A DNA stretch of 35,806 bases from an uncultured Planctomycetia bacterium (GTDB lineage Bacteria; Planctomycetota; MHYJ01; CAYUME01): contig CAYUME010000002.1 in assembly GCA_964445475.1 (NCBI GenBank), positions 1 through 35,806 on the forward strand, in the 5' to 3' direction. A model generated the notes under the pieces. It did not search any database. It had not been told where the DNA came from and worked only from the letters and a program-made list of their open reading frames with translations. Below, one piece after another: positions 32,678-35,806 of this stretch. The stretch's first letter is position 1. The number at the start of each line of letters is the position of its first letter. The position numbers and the translations under genes are program-made.

Positions 32678-32706
32678 TTGGCGGGACCGCGCCGGGGCGC
32701 TATAAT
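32678..32706 (+). promoter_or_regulatory. promoter TTGGCG-17-TATAAT placed 6 nt upstream of the archease ATG (leaderless mRNA candidate)
   Basis: TTGGCG at 32678..32683, 17-nt spacer, perfect TATAAT at 32701..32706, then GGGGCG and ATG 32713. There is no room for an SD. Confidence 0.45.
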
Positions 32707-32712
32707 GGGGCG

Positions 32713-33198
32713 ATGGCCGATCCTGCCGGGTTCGACGGGGGAGACTCCCCCGGCTTCGAGCGCATTGACCACACGGCGGACATCGGCGTCCGCGTCCGCG
32801 GGCGGTCCCTCGATGCGCTGTTCGTCCACGCCGCGCAGGCCCTCTTCGACGTGATGCTGGAGCTCCCGCAGGGGCCCGGTGGCGTCCCGGATCCGGCGCC
32901 GGGGGAGGGGGATCCGGTCTCCATCGAGGCGGACGACCTTCCCTCCCTGCTGCAGGCCTGGCTCTCCGAGCTGCTCTACCGGTTCACGGACGAGGGGTGG
33001 GTGGGAACCGGCTTCGCGATCCGCCGGCTGGACCGCGCGGCCGGGGGCTGCGCGCTCGAGGCGGGGGTGCGCCGTGAGCCTTTCGATCCCGCCCGGCACG
33101 TCCTCCGGACCGGATTGAAGGCGGTCACGTTCCACCAGTTGCGGGTGGAGGAAGGGATCGGGGGGATGTGGGAAGCTCAGGTCATATTTGACGTATAA
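32713..33198 (+). CDS. archease
   Basis: FERIDHTADIGVRVRGRSLDALFVHAAQALFDVM, LLQAWLSELLY and GLKAVTFHQLRVEE...AQVIFDV match the archease pattern (HTAD...KAvTyH...viFDV). Confidence 0.88.
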   Translation: MADPAGFDGGDSPGFERIDHTADIGVRVRGRSLDALFVHAAQALFDVMLELPQGPGGVPDPAPGEGDPVSIEADDLPSLLQAWLSELLYRFTDEGWVGTGFAIRRLDRAAGGCALEAGVRREPFDPARHVLRTGLKAVTFHQLRVEEGIGGMWEAQVIFDV

Positions 33199-33224
33199 GA
33201 GATCCGGGCGAATTCGTCCGAAAT

Positions 33225-33251
33225 CCGGACAGGGTCCTGTTCCCGGTTTTT
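33225..33251 (+). terminator. imperfect hairpin plus T5 after archease
   Basis: CCGGACAG ggtc CTGTTCCCGG followed by TTTTT (33247..33251). Confidence 0.45.
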
Positions 33252-33364
33252 GTAAACCAGGGCGCATCTTATGGGCCCGGGTTTGCTCGTTTTGATTGAC
33301 CAGATCGCCCGACCGGGAGCTTGTTGACGGTGCTGGCCTGGATGGGGAAAGTCAGGAAAGGTGC

Positions 33365-34096
33365 ATGGGCGGACCGGTGCAATCCATGCGGGCGACCCTC
33401 CGCCACCCTTGGGTGGTCTCCCCGGCCCGCGCCATCGCCATCCAGGACCGATTCCGCGATCGGGTCGAGACCCGCAACCGGCTCGGCCCCGTCCGGTGTG
33501 TTGCCGGGATCGACATCAGCGTGACACCGGGCCCGCGGGCAGCCGTCGCGCGCCGCCCGGCGGGGGGTGTCCGGGCGCGCGCGGCGGTTGTCGTCCTCGC
33601 CTTCCCCGGCCTGGAGCCCGTCGAGACCGTCGTCATCGAGCAGTCCTGCCGCTTTCCCTATGTCCCGGGCCTCCTTGCCTTCCGCGAGGGGCCGTCGATC
33701 CTGGCGGCGTTCCGGCGGCTGCGGACGCGCCCGGACCTGCTGATCTTCGACGGCCAGGGGATCGCGCACCCGCGGCGGTTCGGGATCGCGGCGCACATCG
33801 GGGTGCTGCTCGACCTCCCCGCGATCGGCTGCGCGAAGTCGCGGCTGACGGGGGCGCACGACGCGCCGGGGCCGGCCCGGGGGGAGTGGACGCCGCTTGT
33901 CGACGGCGGGGAGACGGTCGGCGCGGCGCTCCGGACGCGCGAGGGGGTGAAGCCGGTCTACGTCTCGATCGGCCACCGCGTCGACCTCGAAACGGCGGTT
34001 GCTTACGTCTTGCGGTGCGGGGGCGGGTACCGCCTGCCGGAGCCGACGCGGCAGGCGCACCAGGCGGCGGGGAGCGATGCGGGGCGGGGGGCGTGA
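33365..34096 (+). CDS. nfi: endonuclease V (deoxyinosine 3' endonuclease)
   Basis: ATG 33365 follows AGGAAAGG. FPYVPGLLAFREGP, LLIFDGQGIAHPRRFGIAAHIGVLLDLPAIGCAKSRL, PVYVSIGHRV and GYRLPEPTRQAH are co-linear with E. coli Nfi motifs. Confidence 0.9.
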   Translation: MGGPVQSMRATLRHPWVVSPARAIAIQDRFRDRVETRNRLGPVRCVAGIDISVTPGPRAAVARRPAGGVRARAAVVVLAFPGLEPVETVVIEQSCRFPYVPGLLAFREGPSILAAFRRLRTRPDLLIFDGQGIAHPRRFGIAAHIGVLLDLPAIGCAKSRLTGAHDAPGPARGEWTPLVDGGETVGAALRTREGVKPVYVSIGHRVDLETAVAYVLRCGGGYRLPEPTRQAHQAAGSDAGRGA

Positions 34097-34284
34097 CCAT
34101 CGGGTATCCGATCGGATCGACGCCTGTTATCGGTTGCCACGCACGTCCCGCGAAGGTGCGGGTCCCCTCCTGAGATTGTCGGAGTCCGGCGCCCCGGCCC
34201 GGTCGCAGGAAAAAGAAAAAAGGGTTGACCGGGGGCGAGGGAGGCGGGGAGAATGAAAGGGGGCCTTTGGTGGAGGACCGGACC

Positions 34285-34698
34285 ATGCCCGCGCTTGCCG
34301 ATCTCCAGCAGGACGTGCTCAACCGGTTCGTGGCGGCCGCCGTGGCGGACGACCGCGTGAAGGCGTGCTGGACGGAGGGGAAGACGCCGGCGGGGTGTCT
34401 GCCGCCGTTTCCCGGGCCGATCGATCTCCACGTCGCCACGAGCGACCCGCTCTTCGACGCGCTGGCGGCCGATCACGCGGCGTGGCTGGCCGCCGGCGGG
34501 AAGGTCGTCGCCCACCGGGACGCGGACGCGCCGGTCTTCGCGCGGGCCTGCGAGGCGGAGCTGGAGGGGGGGGTGCAGGTCGCGCTGACGATCGAGCGGC
34601 TCTCGCTCATCCCCAAGCGCCCGCGGGCGCACGTCGCGCCGCTCGTGGACAAGACGGGCCAGGTGCGGTACGTGATGGACTTCTCGGGCCGGAAGTGA
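34285..34698 (+). CDS. hypothetical protein (137 aa), possibly a degenerate nucleotidyltransferase-fold protein
   Basis: ATG 34285 lies about 8 nt after GGAGG. The layout LQQDVLNRFVAAAVADDRVKACWTEG....GPIDLHVAT loosely resembles the helix-GS-x-DxD core of minimal nucleotidyltransferases but lacks the GS and the second Asp. The family call is weak. Confidence 0.6.
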   Translation: MPALADLQQDVLNRFVAAAVADDRVKACWTEGKTPAGCLPPFPGPIDLHVATSDPLFDALAADHAAWLAAGGKVVAHRDADAPVFARACEAELEGGVQVALTIERLSLIPKRPRAHVAPLVDKTGQVRYVMDFSGRK

Positions 34699-34729
34699 CG
34701 CGCGCCCGGCGGGAAATCACCCGCCTCCG

Positions 34730-34787
34730 CACGGAGAGCAATCAAACAAGTCCTCCGTGACTTCTCCGTGAACTCGGTGACTCCGTG
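34730..34787. repeat. cluster of CTCCGTG heptamers (three exact, one 1-mismatch) plus one inverted copy between convergent genes
   Basis: CACGGAG at 34730..34736. CTCCGTG at 34753..34759, 34764..34770 and 34781..34787. CTCGGTG at 34773..34779. A GGCGGG/CCCGCC hairpin precedes the cluster at 34709..34726. Confidence 0.8.
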
Positions 34788-34792
34788 CTTTG

Positions 34793-35806
34793 CTACTTGG
34801 TGTCGGCCCGCAGGACCTTGATCTTGAAGGACTTGACGCGGACCTTGTTCCCCGGCTCGAGGACCAGCCCGACGCCGCCCGACGGAGACCCCAGCGGATC
34901 GACGGCGGCCTTGTCCTTCCCCACGTCGCTGATCTCGACGCGCCCCTGCTGGCCCATCACGCTGAACGTCACCTTGTAGGGCTGCCCCTCCGCGATCCCG
35001 GTCTCCTGCTTGGCGCGGAAGTCGTACCGGACGGGCTTGTCGGGGCGCCCGCACCGGCCGAAGAAGGCGCACCCGAACTTCTCGACGACGATCTCGGCCT
35101 CGACCACGAAGTCGCGCCAGCCCTTCTCGGACCCGATGTAATAGACCCCGAAGCTGACGCCGGGGACGTCCTTTCCCTCGAGCACCCACTCCCCGCCGCC
35201 CGTCTGGGCGTCGAGCGCCTCCGGCGGCGGGGACTTCTTCCACTGTCCGCGCCACTCGGCGGTCATCAGGTCGATCCAGGGGACGGAGCCCACGAACGCG
35301 TCGGTGTACTTGAGGTTCGCGACGCGGTCGTCCTCGACGAGGATGTCCTTGACCAGGTAGTCGAGGGCGCCCCCGACCTTGAGGGCGGCCGCGTGCGCCT
35401 CGCCCAGCTTGGCGAGGATCGCGTCGTGGCTGTTCGGATCCTTCTCGACGAGGGTCTTGGCCTCGTTGAAAAGGTTGAGGACGTGGCCCTGGGCGACCTT
35501 CTTGTAGAGGACGTCGAACCGCCCCTGCACCTCCCGGTCGAGGGCGTCGAGGCGGGGCTTGATCGACTCGAGCTCCTTGGCGACGCGGTCCAGCTTCTGG
35601 GGGTCGTCGGCGTCCCGCTCGAGCGCCGCGAGCTCGGCGGCGGCCTTCTGGAACTCCTTGGCCTTCTTGCTGTTCGCCTCGATCTCCTCGAGCTTGGCGG
35701 CGGCGGTCTTTTCGTACTGCGGGACGAAGCGGGCCTTGGCGGCGAAATCCTGCACCAGCCGGTTCTGCTGCTCGAAGTCCCGCGGCCGGTCGCGCATGCA
35801 GTCCTC
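34793..35806 (-). CDS. hypothetical protein with N-terminal coiled-coil region and C-terminal jelly-roll (DUF1080/LamG-like) module; may extend beyond the window end
   Basis: The first ATG is at 35797, but the frame is still open at 35806 and no signal peptide is visible. The coiled-coil-like part reads KLEEIEANSKKAKEFQKAAAELAALERD... The C-terminal WRDFVVEAEIVV...GGVGLVLEPGNKVRVKSFKIKVL resembles the beta-sandwich ending of the other DUF1080-like modules in the window. Confidence 0.75.
   Translation of the reverse strand, partial: EDCMRDRPRDFEQQNRLVQDFAAKARFVPQYEKTAAAKLEEIEANSKKAKEFQKAAAELAALERDADDPQKLDRVAKELESIKPRLDALDREVQGRFDVLYKKVAQGHVLNLFNEAKTLVEKDPNSHDAILAKLGEAHAAALKVGGALDYLVKDILVEDDRVANLKYTDAFVGSVPWIDLMTAEWRGQWKKSPPPEALDAQTGGGEWVLEGKDVPGVSFGVYYIGSEKGWRDFVVEAEIVVEKFGCAFFGRCGRPDKPVRYDFRAKQETGIAEGQPYKVTFSVMGQQGRVEISDVGKDKAAVDPLGSPSGGVGLVLEPGNKVRVKSFKIKVLRADTK

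Noticed and set aside
1-35806. A scan by eye for CRISPR arrays, tRNA (GGTTCGAATCC-type T-arms), rRNA, IS elements, integrases and phage genes.
   Set aside because: None found. The only accessory-DNA trace is the HicB remnant. A tRNAscan, Infernal or ISfinder run would be the formal check.

Overview
This is a 35.8-kb, very GC-rich, gene-dense chromosomal segment with genes on both strands. I infer a PVC/Planctomycetota-like origin from gene content: DUF1080 and DUF1570 modules, a giant PQQ-like beta-propeller protein, FGE-sulfatase and PEGA domains, a solitary gspK, and murD and alr scattered outside a dcw cluster. This is inference, not a database result.

I call 31 protein-coding segments and one decayed gene. 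Recognisable housekeeping genes are acyP, murD, queA, alr, recQ, tsaB, rsmB, nfi, an archease and a sugar-phosphate nucleotidyltransferase. They are interleaved with many secreted or membrane proteins of unknown function.

I saw no rRNA, tRNA, CRISPR array, transposase or integrase. Many long ORFs in the supplied six-frame track are antisense or out-of-frame GC artefacts, and I did not call them. Several real genes start at internal ATG/GTG codons of longer track ORFs.

Intergenic regions repeatedly show sigma70-like TTGACA-17-TATAAT promoters and GC-rich hairpins between convergent genes.

Most worth a second look:
1. A tail-anchored zinc-ribbon protein made of four MshEN-type 24-residue motifs and no ATPase (26002..26889). 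It is a candidate stand-alone c-di-GMP receptor.
2. A single in-frame TAA that splits one signal-peptide/DUF1080 gene into two ORFs (27219..29246).
3. A small atypical kinase-fold gene abutting rsmB and lying near tsaB (23296..23967).
4. A frameshifted, start-less HicB antitoxin remnant abutting the recQ stop codon (18438..18655).
5. An AT-rich island upstream of recQ with a perfect palindrome over a putative -10 box, next to a strongly signalled 61-aa ORF (20981..21620).
6. A leaderless archease next to nfi with no rtcB in view.

None of these can be proven from the sequence alone. A decisive check is given for each.
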